Part shown: positions 44,901 through 60,416 of the stretch, one piece after another
How the letters are laid out: each line of letters starts with the position of its first letter
Numbering within the stretch: position 1 is the stretch's first letter
Origin: Chrysomallon squamiferum
Lineage: Eukaryota > Animalia > Mollusca
Assembly (NCBI GenBank): GCA_012295275.1
Contig: CM022668.1
Coordinates: 15,190,001-15,254,000, forward strand
Reading direction: 5' to 3'
DNA: 64,000 nucleotides
Notes under the pieces: generated by a model
What the model was told of the DNA's origin: nothing
Databases searched by the model: none
What the model saw: the letters and a program-made list of their open reading frames with translations, nothing else
Program-made: the position numbers and the translations under genes

Positions 44901-45174
44901 ACAAACAAACAAATAAACAAACAAACAAACAAACAAATAAACAAAAAAAATAAATAAATAAATAAAACCATTATTACTTTGTATTTATTACATCGTTAAT
45001 TTCCGGCTTTATTCGGTATGGATATGACGTCAACAATTAACTGACGTAATTAGGTGGACATAAACGTATATTTGTGATTCGGAAATTTGAGGGTGAGGGA
45101 AATGTATTTGCTTTGAAACATGACAGAAAATCTGATAATTTGAAAATTGTTTATGAGCACTGAAAAACTACAAC

Positions 45175-45277
<103 letters not shown>

Positions 45278-45393
45278 ATTTGTTCAGGTTAATTTAATTG
45301 TTTTAAACAGATTTTTTCTGTTTTCATTAATTTTTATTTGTCTATGTTTATATCAATATATCGACCTAAGTATATTTATCTACATATCTTGTT

Positions 45394-45424
<31 letters not shown>

Positions 45425-45476
45425 CTGTCTATCTAAATATCCAATTTGTCTGGATGTTTGTCTGTCTTTCTGTTCG

Positions 45477-45513
<37 letters not shown>

Positions 45514-45915
45514 TTATGTCTGTCTATATTTCAATTTATTTATCTCTCTATCTGTCATTTTCTTTCTTTCTTTTATCTTTTATCGTCTCTTTCTATCCAT
45601 ATTTATATCTATGTCCATCTGTCTTTCTGTCTGCGCATATGTGTGTCTGTATTTGTCTGTGTGTCTGTATCCATGTATGTATGTATGTGTGTATATATGT
45701 GTGTGTTGTTTTTCTCTCTTTTTCTCCATCTCTTTTCAAAACAGTCTTGATTCACAGAGTGAACATAACCTTCGAACAGAGGTATCCGAGGTAAAAGCAC
45801 GTCACAGAGCTTAAATTAATTCTGATTGTTTGATAATGACAGGGCGTCTGCTTTCATGCCTCGTATATAAACTGTATTTCTGTGATGTTAAGTTGAACGA
45901 AGAGTCGAGAAAAAG

Positions 45916-45955
<40 letters not shown>

Positions 45956-46607
45956 AAAAGAAAAACCAGAAAAAAAAAAATACCAAAGAAAAAGAAGACG
46001 GCAATTTTAAAGTAAAATAAATTTTAACAATATTAATTAAATTGAGACACGATAGTTCCAAAGATGTAATAATTCGTTTCCGTCGAAAACTCTCGCGAAA
46101 TACGTATCAAAGATATTTTTCTTTCCAGAACCCCCCCCCCCCCCAACCCCTTCTGTTCCAAGCTCTCGGAATAATTTATTTTTGAATACCACACCCACCC
46201 GTGAGGATTGTGAAGTTTCTGTAAATAAAATAACCACTCGGTTTTAGTGAATAAAAAATAAATAAATAAATAAATAAATAAATAAAAATAAATAAAATAA
46301 AATAATTATTTTCTTTAATCGTTAATTCAGAGCACAAAAAATCATTCTTGAAGATGCTGTCTTTAAATCCGCACAGTAGCTTTATCCACTTAGGAGGGAA
46401 AAAAGGTCCGTTTTGAATTTGAGTCTTTGATTCACTTTGAGCTCCAAGTCCAGGTTAAACACTGTTTCAGCATGGACCTTTTTAGTTTGAGTGTTTGAGG
46501 ATATTTATTATGAGAGAGAGAAAACGATCTGGAAAAATCTTGTTTGTAAGTTGTTTGAAAAAATAGCGATAGGTTAATTTTAAGTTGAAAACTTTGTATG
46601 GATGAAT

Positions 46608-46745
<138 letters not shown>

Positions 46746-47354
46746 TTTCTCACAAGTATGTATGTATGTATGTATACTTGTGTGTTCATCGGGTAGCTGG
46801 AATTTTATTTTTATTTGTTATTTTTTTTTTTTTTTTTCTCTTTCATTTTACGTCTCTATCTAACTACCTATCTATTGATACATCTTTTTTTACCTTTCCA
46901 TTGCTGATGTCATAAAATAACATAAAAAAAAACCCTGACATGTTACCACTGACATCAAAGCGCATCAAACAAATATTTTGGGAGAACAAATATGACAAGA
47001 ATTTTAAAAAATGAAAATTTTTATTATCTTTACGTACTAAACTTATAAAGTACACAACAGAATTATAATTCATATCGATATAATATTTACAAATGACTAT
47101 TTTGAATATTTTAAATATTTATATATTATTATCTATCAAAAACAAACATAATTTTTGTTGCTTATGGTCTTGCAATAAATTATTTTTGGTAAATTTTTAA
47201 TTCGGTAGAGGTTTATTTATTTTATTTTTGTGTTTGTTTTATTATTATTTAATTTTTATTTACTTTTATTTAGTATTTGTTTTTTATTATTTTTTAATTA
47301 TTATTTACGTCACTGATGTTTTCAAAAAATAAAAAATAAAAAAAATAAAAATAA

Positions 47355-47413
<59 letters not shown>

Positions 47414-48950
47414 TTAAAAAATAAAATGAAATAAATTTTAAAAAGTAAAGTAAAGTAAACTAAAGTAAAGTAAAATAAAATAAAATAAAACGAAACAAAA
47501 CAAAAACTAAAATGAATTAAATTAAATTAAATTAAAGTCAAATAAGGTAAGGTAAAATAAAATAAAAATTAGAAAATATAAAATAAAATAAAATAAAATA
47601 AAACAAAACAAAACAAAATAAAATAATTAAAATTAAACTGAAATAAATTAAAGTAAGGTAAAGAAAAGTAAAATAAAATAAAATAAAATAAAATAAATTA
47701 AAATAAATTAAAACAAAACAAAAACAAAACAAAACAAAATTAAGAAAAAATAAGATAAATAAAATAAAGAATTCGACAGTAAAATTTTACTTATGTCGAT
47801 CTTTATCACTGAGAAAAGCAAATAAAATATTTTACACGTGTCACACTGAAATATCCCCACTGTAAATATTTTAATTATGTTTTCTGAATACTTATCTGGT
47901 TATGAAAATGAAAATATCTCTGTATTACAGTTTCCAAAAGTTTATAAAATGTGTGTGTACTTGATGGTATGTTGATAAAAATCAGCTATTAGAAAGTGAA
48001 AACAAACAAACGTATCTATTTACAAAGTGTTATTTGTATACAAAAAATACACCCTACGGTCTGGTATAATCGTATTTGTTAGACTAAATTGTTAAAATCT
48101 TTTTTTCTTTCTATATTTTCATATTTTTTGAAATTTTCGTTAGCTACTTTTGAATACGTTAAAAATAAGTTATCGTTTATGTTAATGTTATTACTATAAT
48201 TATTTTAATTTATATTATCACTTCATTATTTCGTTTTTATTTTATTTGTTTTATTTTATATATTTCTCCCAATTTACATACAGATGAAATTTAAATTGTT
48301 TTATTTTATTTTAACGTAATTTATTTCGACTTGTTTCATTTTATTTTATTTCGTTTTAATCTTCGTTCTCTTTCATTTTGAATTTTATTTTATTATTATC
48401 TTCTTTTTTTTTCAACGCTTCCATTTAACTTTTATTACCTTTTTCTATTTGTTTGTTTCTCTCTTTTTAATTTAATTTAATTTATAATAACAGTTTTTAT
48501 TAAAATTTCATTATACATGTCTAAGGAGATTTTAAAGACTATCAAATCGTGCATCGCAAAACAATTTTTGAAAAAGTGATGCGGTTATCAATTCAACATG
48601 GTTTTTTTTGTTTGTTTGTTTGTTTGCGTTAATTGTTAAATGATTTATTATCTTACATATTTACGTTTTTACTTTCTTACTTTATTGTTAAATATATTTT
48701 CGTTCGTCACACTTAACCCTGTATCTTTAATGCATCATCATCATCAAAGTCATCTCATCATCATCATCATCATCAACGTCATCTCATGATCATCTTCATT
48801 GTCATCTTCATCATCATGAATTATATGATATAATAATGAGAATAATGCAGTAAAAATAATTTTAGTTATTTTAAAAAAAGTCTTGTATTTTCTTCTTCTT
48901 CTTCTTCTTATTATTATTATTACTATAATTATTATTACTACTACTACTAT

Positions 48951-48988
<38 letters not shown>

Positions 48989-49130
48989 GTTCTCTCATTA
49001 TTATTACTGTTTATTATTATATTTGTTATTGTTGTTGTTTTTGTTATTATTACCCTTGCTATTGTTATTATTATTACTAATACTATTATAATATTTATAT
49101 TATTATTATTATGATTATTATTATTATTAC

Positions 49131-49175
<45 letters not shown>

Positions 49176-50367
49176 GTTGTTGTTGTTGTTATTATTATTA
49201 TTATTACCATTGCTGTCTTTGTTGTTATTAATTGGTTCGCTATTTTTATTTCTTTAACAAACAAATTCAAACAGAAACTTTCATATCCAATACTACTATA
49301 TTTTATTACACAAATTTAAAATAAAATTATTTGCCAAAAAATATCCAAATATTTTTAATACTTACGGCGAAATTCGTTTCGTTCTGTTTCTGTTAATTCT
49401 TAAAAACTGAAGTGAATTCGTGTTGTGTTAGTTTCTGCACAGAATTTCTGATTTATTCTTAAATAAAATCAAAATGTGCAGTACATATTCAGTCTCTTTT
49501 GTTTGATTCAGAAACAGTTATGGGGTTACTTACAACAATATCCCATACAGTTCTGAAACCTGATAACTCTACAGGAACATTTATGTAATTTATTCTTCTC
49601 TTTTTGCTTTCTTTTTCACCTCTCCTTCTTTTTTACTTTTGTTTAACTACTTTTTTCTTTTCTTTTCTTTTCTTTTCTTTTTCTGTCATTTTTTTTCTTA
49701 TTTTTTTTTTCTTTCTTTCACTTATATCTTTCTTATTTACTGTTCTTTCTTTCTTTCTTTCTTTCGGTTTCTTCATTTTTCTTTTCTTCGTTTCTTTCTT
49801 TCGATCTTTCGTTGTTTTCTTTTTTCTTTCGTTCTTTTCTTAGATTTTTCTTCTTTGCATATTTTTCATCAATTATTTGATTATTGATCTCAGTATTAAT
49901 CAATTTATATAATTAGTGGGTAATCTTTGTTTATCGATACTAAACGTTTTGATGTAACAAAAAGTAATAATTTTGCTTCTAATAAACTTATTTTGTTAAG
50001 TAAAATAGTTTTCAAATAACATGAAAACAAGGTGTGTTTTGTGTTAGCTTTCATATTTTTTTTAACAAAAGTCAGAAATTTCATATTGCTAATATTTACA
50101 AATCTAATAATTTTCCGATAGATATAGAACAAGAACAAAAATTACAAAATAACAATAAAAACAAAAACAAATAAGAAGAAAGATATTTATGATGAACTGA
50201 CGAATCGAATGGAAAATTATTAATACTAAATCTTTAAAGAATATAGTTTTAAAATATTTTAATGAATTTTTAACTGAAAACAAACTTTAACTTTGTAAAT
50301 ATTTGACGCAAAAAGTATATTTTTATATTCAAAGCAAATACTTACATATATACACATCCATACATCG

Positions 50368-50427
<60 letters not shown>

Positions 50428-50535
50428 TCTCCTTTTATTAATGTTAGTTTTAATGTTATTGTTATTGCTTTTGTGTTATTATTTTTATTATTGTTATTAT
50501 TATTATTATCATCATTATCATTATTACTGTTGTTG

Positions 50536-50570
<35 letters not shown>

Positions 50571-51997
50571 TAGGTTAATTTTAATTATTGTTATTTAGGT
50601 TAATTTTAATGCTATTGTTATTGCTCGTGGTACTGTGTTGTTATTGTTATTATTATTATTATTATTATTAATAATAATTATGGCTATTTTAAAATAAATA
50701 AATATAATTTCTTTTTTCGATCTTTCTTTTATAACAATTAATTCAAGGCAAAAACGGTACCACTTAATAATCGTATCATGTTTATTTTCTGTAAATTTTC
50801 AAGGCCATTTTCAGGATTTATTTTAGTGGTTTTCTAAATCTTGCAGCTTTTAGAAGAAGAATTTTGTTTTGAAACTGAAAACATTAGATTTCGTCCACAT
50901 TAATATGGCCAGTTTGTTGTATTGCTAATTGTCTGAAATTACAGAAAATTTGAAATTTAATTAATAGTTTGATTTATTTTAGAAAAAACTAAATTTGTTT
51001 CTTTTACGATATTTTTGATTTAATTGTAATATTTGTTTTTCTTAGTTTATTTCTTTCCTTCGACATTTATTTGTTTGTTTGTTTTCTTTTTAATATGATG
51101 TAAAATAATTTAATTTAATTGTACCGAGTTTTATTGTATTTTATTATTTCATTCTATCTTTCCATCAATTGTTTATTTTTGTTTGATTGTTTGTTTGTTT
51201 GTTTATTTCGTTCGTAGGTTGTTATTTAATTATTTTATTTTATTTTATTTTATTTTATTTTATTTTATTTGTTTTGTTTTATTTTATTTTATTGGTTTAC
51301 TTTCTTTTTGATTTTACTGTACGTTTGTTTCACAATTCTGTGGTTACTTATTTTATTTTATTTTTTGCCCAGACAACATTTTTTAAAAAATAACAATATT
51401 AATAATAAAAATATCTGTTTTGTTTCTGAATGCATGTTCATGCATCTGACTGTGTATGTGCATGTTTTTGTACGCGCGTCTATAAGAATTTTCACGTGTA
51501 ACAATGAATAAACTGAATATTTTAAAAACAAAACAAATTTATACTCTTTTTATACTGTATATAATTTTATTTATTTTAATCATTTTAATTTTCATAATAA
51601 TAATTATTTTTTTAAACCATACACTAATTATTGTCTATTATACATTAATATTTTTTTTAAATTTTATTTTATAAATTTCTTTCAAGTAGAATATACTATA
51701 CATAATACGCTTTCAGGTTTTTCCTTTTTACGATCGAAATGTTCATGTACGCTTTTCTGCCAATCGCTAATGTCCATTTGAGCTGTGGTCAAAGCGATTT
51801 GTATGTCCAGGCCATTTGACTGACCATGACGTAACTGATCATTGTAAATTACGCAACATTTACCTATCTGGATATTTAATATCTGCGACTGAACTGTTTT
51901 TAACTGTCCGTTTGTCTTTTGTCTGTGCGTCTGTCTGAGATGATTCTAGATTGTCTCTAGATGTGGGATATGTCAGCGTTTCGTATAGAAAAACAAC

Positions 51998-52029
<32 letters not shown>

Positions 52030-53026
52030 TAAAAGTAATAACAAGAAAAACCAAGATGAACAATGACAACGTCAATAATAGCAACAGAAATAATAATAAT
52101 GATATGACATGATTATTAGATGATACATGATATAAAATATGATGATTATGATATGGGCATAGTAAGAATGATTAATAAACAAAAAATGATGATAAGTTTT
52201 CTTCAGTCGAAGTATAAAACATAATCCTGGTAATAATTTAAGTTCTAGACGCAGTTTTATTTATGAATACTTCTTTCATTGTATAGCAATATACACACAT
52301 GTACACGAACACAGATACACACATATACATATGCATATACACATAATCATACACACAAATACTTACATATATTATATATACATGCATTTACAAACACATA
52401 CGCACAAACACACATCCAAACATTTTCATTCAAACATACATAAACACATACATAGATAGATACACACACTCATACATACATACATACATACATACACACA
52501 CATCAATGCATACAAACATTGTATAAGGTGTAGCTGTGACAGATTTATAATTACATCCACAGACATAAAACACGCATGGACAGACAGACAAATGGACGTA
52601 GATGGAGAGAGAGATTCATAAACAGACTGATAAATAGAGAGATACGAAGAGATATAAAGTTAGATATAGACAGATAGAACGAAAGAAAGATAGATGGAAA
52701 GCAGTTTGAGATAGGTAGATAGACAGAGAAAATAAATGTTATATAGATAGATAAAGACATAGAACGATATATATATATAGAGAGAGATATATCCATATAC
52801 ATGAATGCCTAAATATTATATATATACACATATACACCTACAAACACCTACATACACACATATACATAGACACATGGATGTGTTTGTTATATATTTTATT
52901 TCATAGAGGTCTGAAGTCGTTTTTGTTGTTTTTTTTTGTTTGTTTGTTTGTTTGTTTGCAAGTAGGTACTATACGTTTCAGATTATATTTTATGTTTACA
53001 AAAACACTAAAAACAGTTTGGAATAA

Positions 53027-53136
<110 letters not shown>

Positions 53137-53199
53137 ATAACTTTCTCTTTGTTGTAGAATCAGCTCATCGTGTGTATGTTTCTATCAGTACACAGTGAA

Positions 53200-53720
53200 C
53201 TGGAGGAAAAGCCGGAACGGAACAACGTAGGTAAAAACTGTGGAGTGTAGACACACACACCAACCAGGCAGTCCATTATTTGTTCAAAATAATTAACACC
53301 GCGTCACGCCCCTTTCCTCTGTCGTTTGATGTCATCGCGTTGATCTTTAACCAACGAGAACCGAGCCAGCCTTTGTCTATCGAACGAAAGCGAACAACCT
53401 CGTCGCCGATTCACGTCCGTCAAGCGCCGGAACGCGATCTGATTGGCCGCCTCTTTTTCCCGCCCGCGTGCGCTTCTTTACGAGCGGCCCCGCCTTCGCC
53501 CAAGAAAAAAAAAAAAAAAAAAAAAAACTAGTGGGCGTGGCCTGGTGGGAGGTTTTGTAAAGCGCTGTTTTACATGCCGCTGACATCACTCGGTCTTTCA
53601 TCGCCACAGACAGACGGGAAGACAAACGTTTTTGGTATTTTGAGCAAGATTCACGACGCGATGGCGATAACGACTGTTGTTGGGGTACGTGCTCCCGTGT
53701 AACCGTTCACAGATAGAGGT
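53200..53720 (+). promoter_or_regulatory. CpG-rich TATA-less promoter-like region
   Basis: Reverse CCAAT (ATTGG 53442), E2F-like TTTCCCGC (53456), GC boxes CCCCGCC (53488) and GGGCGTGGC (53533). GC/CpG content is far above the background and the region precedes the 54260 exon. Confidence 0.65.
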
Positions 53721-54259
53721 GTGCTGTTTGAACAACAGTTTTTCGTAACTGTAGATTGCCTGCGCTTTTATATTCCTGTTTTTAAAAGAGAAAAAAAAAG
53801 AGAAGGAGAGAGAGAGAGATAGATAGATAGAGAAAGGGAAAAAAAAAAAAAAAAAAAAAAAGGTATCACAGAGAGAGAAAATTTACGCTGAGTTTGTGAT
53901 CCGTTCTACCCGATTAATAACGAAACTGACGAGATTGGAGGCTTTGTAGGCGGACTCGAGACTGCTGTTCTCATTATTCTCCGAGCTGAAATATTCACAT
54001 CTTCACTGAGTATATGTTATAACCTTAATAGAAACAGAAAAAAAAAAAAAAAAAAAAAAAAAAAGAATTCAACGATTTTCTGGATTGAACGTGTGACTAA
54101 CATCGGAATCAACAGTGTCGTGTTATCATCGTGAACACGTATTCTGTTTTAAAAAAAAAAAAAATATTTTATTTATTTTTATTTATTTTTGTTGGTTTGT
54201 TTGTATTATTATTTTTCGTGAAAGAAATGCTGTACGTTTTGCACGGTTAGTGTGCGTCT

Positions 54260-54343
54260 ATGTATGGGACTTATATCGAGCAAGACATCTACCACTTCGA
54301 CCACCAAGCGACTCTGGCGTCTATGATTCAGTACCCGCAGCAC
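54260..54343 (+). CDS. Probable first coding exon of an unidentified gene (MYGTYIEQDIYHFDHQATLASMIQYPQH); downstream exons not identified in this window
   Basis: ATG downstream of a CpG-rich promoter and a long leader. 28 codons of complex sequence end at a consensus donor CAC|GTAAGT (phase 0). Confidence 0.55.
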
Positions 54344-54464
54344 GTAAGTACAGTTCTATTTTATCACAGGTCTTTTCCTGTCCTCCACTACCCTTATAAT
54401 TTAACACACCAGTGTCTGTTATACCAGTCCAAACGTTATTGGCGAATTCAGATAGTCGTTTTAA

Positions 54465-55800
54465 GTTTACCTATAGATACAGAGAGAAAGAAAGAGATGC
54501 AGTTAATTTGTATCTGGATTTAGGCTGACAGCGTTAATTTATTTGCACGATGTAAAGACATTTGTCAGTTTACCTACAGATACAGAGAGAGAGCTACTTT
54601 CAGTTTGAATACGGTTTATAGACGTAATTAGATATTTTCAGTTTGTATACAGATTACAGAGAGATGCAGTTAATTTGTTTATTGATTTAGACGGATACCT
54701 TTAATTTATTTACAAGATGTAACGACATTTGTCAGTTTGTAGATAAATATGAATTTATATACAAACAGAGAAAGCTGTCTACAGTTATACATGGACCTAA
54801 ACACATTCTTTCAATTTGCACATGGATTTAAACAGAAATTTTCAATTTATGTTTAAATATAGAAGTTTACTACCATTTTATATATGTATTTAGATGGACC
54901 GTGTATTAATTTATTTACGCATATAAACACATTTATCAAAATAAACAGGAATTTGAATGAATACGTCAATTTATAACAGATTTACGGAAGGCAGTAATCA
55001 CAATATTCATTTATACACGGATATAGGTAGATGTATATTATTGACACAGAGCTATTTCAATTTATATACGGGTGGTTTTCGATATTTACATACGGATATT
55101 GATACTTATCTACACATGGATGTAGCTACTGTTTGTTAATATACGGATGGATTCTGAAGGACAACATAAATTTATATACGAATCTAGGCGCAGTTATCGA
55201 TTTGTCCATGACAACAGAATGATACATTCAATCTATAACAGATGTAGGTAAATATCAGTTTTATATGCATATAGGTAAATTGCGTTCATTTATATACGGA
55301 TGTAAACATATTTAGCTGTTTATGCTTAAATTTAGATTCCGATGTCAGTACGTAATGCATGCAGATTATGTGCAAATTTAAATTTATGTGGGTTTATGAG
55401 GATATTCATGTGCACGGGTTGATTTTAAACCCGGCAGTAAACATATTTATCAGTTTTGTTACAATAATTTAAACAGATGAAGTATTTCATGGATTCATGT
55501 ATTAATTTATATGTAGATTTTTTTATACATCGATTTAGATAGATGCAGCCTTTTGTATATATAAATTTAAATACATACGTTAATTAATAAACTGATATAA
55601 AAGGTGTTTTTTAGATACTTCAGTTTACACATAAACTTAGCTACACACTGTTAATCTCTGTGTGGATGTGGATAATCTTCTGTACGGGTTTAAATAAGTA
55701 TACACACGCATTAATAAATGAATAACAGTTATATTAAAACACTTTTAAATAGACAGACATGTGTAATCTGTGTTTTTATAAACCGTATGCGCGTGTTATT
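54465..55800. repeat. Degenerate ~30-bp minisatellite array
   Basis: Recurring unit resembling GTCAATTTATATACGGATNTAGACACATTT, e.g. GTTAATTTATTTGCACGATGTAAAGACATTT and TTTAATTTATTTACAAGATGTAACGACATTT. Confidence 0.7.
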
Positions 55801-56651
55801 TAATAGTAACTATAGTTTTTTAATGTAAGGAAACTGTGCGAAATTAATATCCATTGCTATAAGAATACAAACACCTTTCCTAACTGTTATATATATTTAT
55901 ATATATATACACACACACACACACTCTCATATTATATCCGATGAAAATAATTCATATTTCTTGTATATCGGATTATGAAACAATTATTACTTAGGGTTTA
56001 ACTCCGTACATTAATTTTTATAAACGTAGTAACGAACAGTTTTATTGTTTTATCGATATAACATAAGATAATAATTGTTATATGATTATATATACGAAAT
56101 ATTCACACATACACATACATACATACATATGTAATAACTGTTTCATTTTAATGCAGACGTTAATGTTATAAATATTATTTATATTGACTGTTATCCGAGT
56201 ATAGACGTTATACTGTTTTACCCGTTCTGTCCCAGTCACCTTTTATTTTATAGGTTATATATATATATAAATATATATATAATTTTCGTTCTTTTATGAA
56301 ATAAATATACATTTAGTTCACACAATAAGACTATTAACTGTAATATTATATCTATTAAGACGTCTAAAGACTTTAATACTGAATGTAAGGATATACCCGC
56401 TTACAGTATAGTGTTTTCAATGCGTTTGTATTTCATACAGTGTTGGTCAGAGTATAGAAATACATGTGTCTAAAAATATCGCATCAGTACGTGTCTTTAA
56501 TATATATGTATGTATGTATGTATGTATTTGTGTTTAAATATACGTATGTGTGTGTGTTTATATATATATATATTTAATTATGTATATTGACATAGTGTAG
56601 GTAACACGAGTATATACAGGACAACTTATGACAACTGTTTTGTTTATTTAC

Positions 56652-56682
<31 letters not shown>

Positions 56683-56946
56683 GCTATAGATAATATAGTA
56701 GTATTAAATGCAATATTTAATTTATTTTAATTGTACTAAACATCTATATGACTGGTTTATACATATACGGAGTAAGAGAGATAGTATATATGAAATTATA
56801 CACTAACATTGCAAAGAATATGTATGTATATACATACATACATACATACATACATAATATATACATACATGCATGCATATAATAATAATAATAATAATAA
56901 AATGATGATAATAATAATAATAATAATAATAATAGTAATAATAACA

Positions 56947-56991
<45 letters not shown>

Positions 56992-57498
56992 GTAAAAGTA
57001 ATAAAAATAATAATAATAATAATGATAATAATAATAGTAATAATAATAGTAATAATAATAGTAAAGTAATAATAATAATAATAATAATAATGATAATAAT
57101 ATTAATATTAATAATAATAACAACACTAATAATAGTAATAGTAATATTAATAATAATAATAATAATAAATAAATTAATTAAACAGATAATGAACTTTAGT
57201 CAAACCCGTTAGATATTACTGGAGACAGGTAAATACAACTTTAGAATTGTTTACTTTTTGTGTTTTTGACATGATTTTTACGAGTTAAAGTTTACAGTGA
57301 CCTCATTTTAGAGTTTGATATCATGAACTTTGTAATATATTAATGCGAAACATTTTAATTCAGGACTGTCTTTTGCGTGTATATAACTGCTGTTAATGTT
57401 GTTGTTGTTGTTGTTGTTGCTCTTCTTCTTCTTCTTCATACTATTATTATTATTATTCATTAATATAAAACATTTATAACAGCGACATCAATAATAAA

Positions 57499-57550
<52 letters not shown>

Positions 57551-58734
57551 TAATAAATAATAATAAAGAATAACAGGATAGTATAGACACTTATTAAAGA
57601 GACTGTATTTGTGATAATAAATCTAAAAATTACAGAAAAAAAAAAAAGAAACAAAAAAATACAAATAAAAAAATGAAGACAGCAAATTGGAAATAAAAAT
57701 CTAAAGAACTTTTTGTTTTATTAATTCAGGAAGTAAAACAAATAAAAAATAAACCAACAGACAGACAAACAAACAGACAAACAAACAAACAAAAAAACAA
57801 ACAAACAAACAAACAAACAAAATAATAAACAAACAAACAAACAAAAAAAAGAACAAAATAGCAAACAAATGAAGTAAACAAACAAAACCAACAGACAGAA
57901 AAACAAACATAAAACAAACAAACAAGCAATCAAACAAAGATAAAAAAAACCTTTAAAAATTAAAATAAATAAACAGAGAAAGAAAGAAAGAAGTAAATGA
58001 AGAAAGGTAGAAAACGTTTTTATTTTATTCAGTAATTTCTTAATTATTTCATTTATTTATTCGTAAATTTGTATTTTTTCAACCATTAATTAATTAATTA
58101 TTTACTATTCTTCTTCTTCTTCTTCTTCTTATTATTATTATTATTATTCTCATTATTGTTTATTATCATTAGTTATTGTTGTTGTTATTATTCTTATTAT
58201 TATTATTGTTGTTGTTATTATTATTATTATTATTATTCATCCATTCATTAAATTTTTTAAAATTAACTCACAAGTTACTGAAGCTTATCGTTCCAGTTTC
58301 TCTGTAAATATGTCTCTATCATCTTTACATAAAGTAATAACTAATTGAGACATTCATCATTAAAAATTGAAACATGAAACAGATTCACTAAGAATTTATA
58401 ACTGCCTTTCTTGATAGCTGCTTCTTAAAAACTAAAAATACATCTCTTCTGTTGAATCATAAAACAAAATAATTGATTTTAAAATGCTATAAAATTTAAT
58501 TAAACAACAGTGATTGCGAAAAAAAGTTAAAAATTAAAAATTAAGATCTTCCGTTTAAAGATTAAACAAAAGATTTGATTTTAAAAAATGGAGTAATTTA
58601 ATTGTGTAATAGTTATAACCCAAACAGTTAAAAAAAAATGAAAAAATAACGAATATAGTAAATTAATTAAAGAAACAAAAGTGAGTCGGTTAATAATTAA
58701 AATAAAGAACAATATTAATGTTGGAATGATTAAT

Positions 58735-59150
58735 TAAGTAAAAGTTATTCCATTATCAGTTAAAATATAAAACAAATTTGTTTATGTTAATTTTTAAAAA
58801 TGTATTTATGTAAAATTCGGCTAAGAGTTAAACTGAAAAGTAAATTAAATGTTATAATATACAGTAACTGAATTAAGTTAAAATTATTCCGTTAACATTT
58901 AAAATATAGAACAAAACATTTGATGTTAAATTATGGCAATTTAAAAGTGTTTATGAAAACAGTCAAAACAAAGAATTAATTGTTGTGATATTGTAAAAAT
59001 ATTAAGTAAATTGTATTGTCTTAACATTTAAAATATTGAACGAAATATTTGATGTTAAAATTCAGCTATATAATTTGTTTTAAATATTTTAATTTAATTA
59101 TGTCAGAAGTTAAAAATATATAACAAAACATTTGATTAAAATGTAGTAAC
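58735..59150. repeat. AT-rich degenerate tandem repeat, about 4 copies, period roughly 100-140 bp
   Basis: Recurring TTAACATTTAAAATATAGAACAAAACATTTGATGTTAAA-like core near 58755, 58892, 59022 and 59110. Confidence 0.6.
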
Positions 59151-59818
59151 TTAATCATTTAAACAATGTTTTTGTAAATAGTTGAAATGAAAAAGAAAAT
59201 TAATTAATGTCAAAAATGATTAATTTAATAAAGTTAAGAACGACTTCGGAAATAGTTAAAAAAAAAAAAAAAAAAAAAATTAAATTAATAATAATAATTA
59301 ATCTTAATAAAAAAATTAGCAGTTTAATTAACTAAAACAAATTAATTGCTGTCCAAATGCACTAATTCACTTATGTATTAGACATTTCATAGCAAAAAAA
59401 AAAAAATTAACTGACATCAGAATGAACTAAGTCAAAAACAAAAAAACAAAAACAACAACAAAACAACAAACAAACAAACAAACAAAAAAACAAAATCAAC
59501 ACCAAAACCTCTTTCCATTAAAAGTTAAAATGTTGAACAAAATAACTGATATAAAAAAAAAATGTAGAAGTCTTTCAATATCAAGGTGATTCCTTTCATT
59601 ATTAAGCTATATAACTGATTATTGAAGTAAGAAAAAATAAAAGTCATATAAATGTTCATATCACCTTGACTCCAGACAACAGTAAAATTACATAGCAGTT
59701 TAGTGAAAGGAAAAATATAACAGTTTATGCAAGGCGGTTCCGTTATATGCAAATATCTTAGTTCTGTTTTAATAATCAAAGGAAAACATTTTATTTATTA
59801 CTACCACTACTACTATTA

Positions 59819-59850
<32 letters not shown>

Positions 59851-60385
59851 GTTATTTCTGCTACTACATCACAACTGTTACTGTTGCTACTACTACTACT
59901 ACTGCTACTAGTACTGTTACTACTACTATTATTATTTCAACTACTATAACTACTATTACTAGTACTACTGTTACTGTTACTATTACAACTACTATTACTA
60001 CTACTATTGTTGTTACTGCTACTACTACTAATAGTACTACTACAATTATTACTAGTGCTGCTATATCTATTACTATTATTGTTATTACTGATATTATATA
60101 TTTAAAACAGTTTAATGTTGCTATAGTAGCATTACTTCAGTAAATAAATAAATAGAAAAAAATATAAATAAATGTAGAAATAAATATAATAATGATGATG
60201 ATGATGATTTTTTCTTTATTTATTTATTTGTTATGTATATATCTGTATGTAGGTATCTGTATATCATGTTTGTTTGTCAGTCTGTATGTACATGTATACA
60301 GACAAACAAACAGACATACAGACAGACAGAAAGACAGATACATATGTAGATAGAAAGATATATATAGAGATAGATAGACAGATGG

Positions 60386-60416
<31 letters not shown>

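Noticed and set aside
54465-55800. CRISPR-like periodicity
   Set aside because: Units are contiguous and degenerate with no constant-repeat/unique-spacer structure, there are no cas genes, and the context is eukaryotic.
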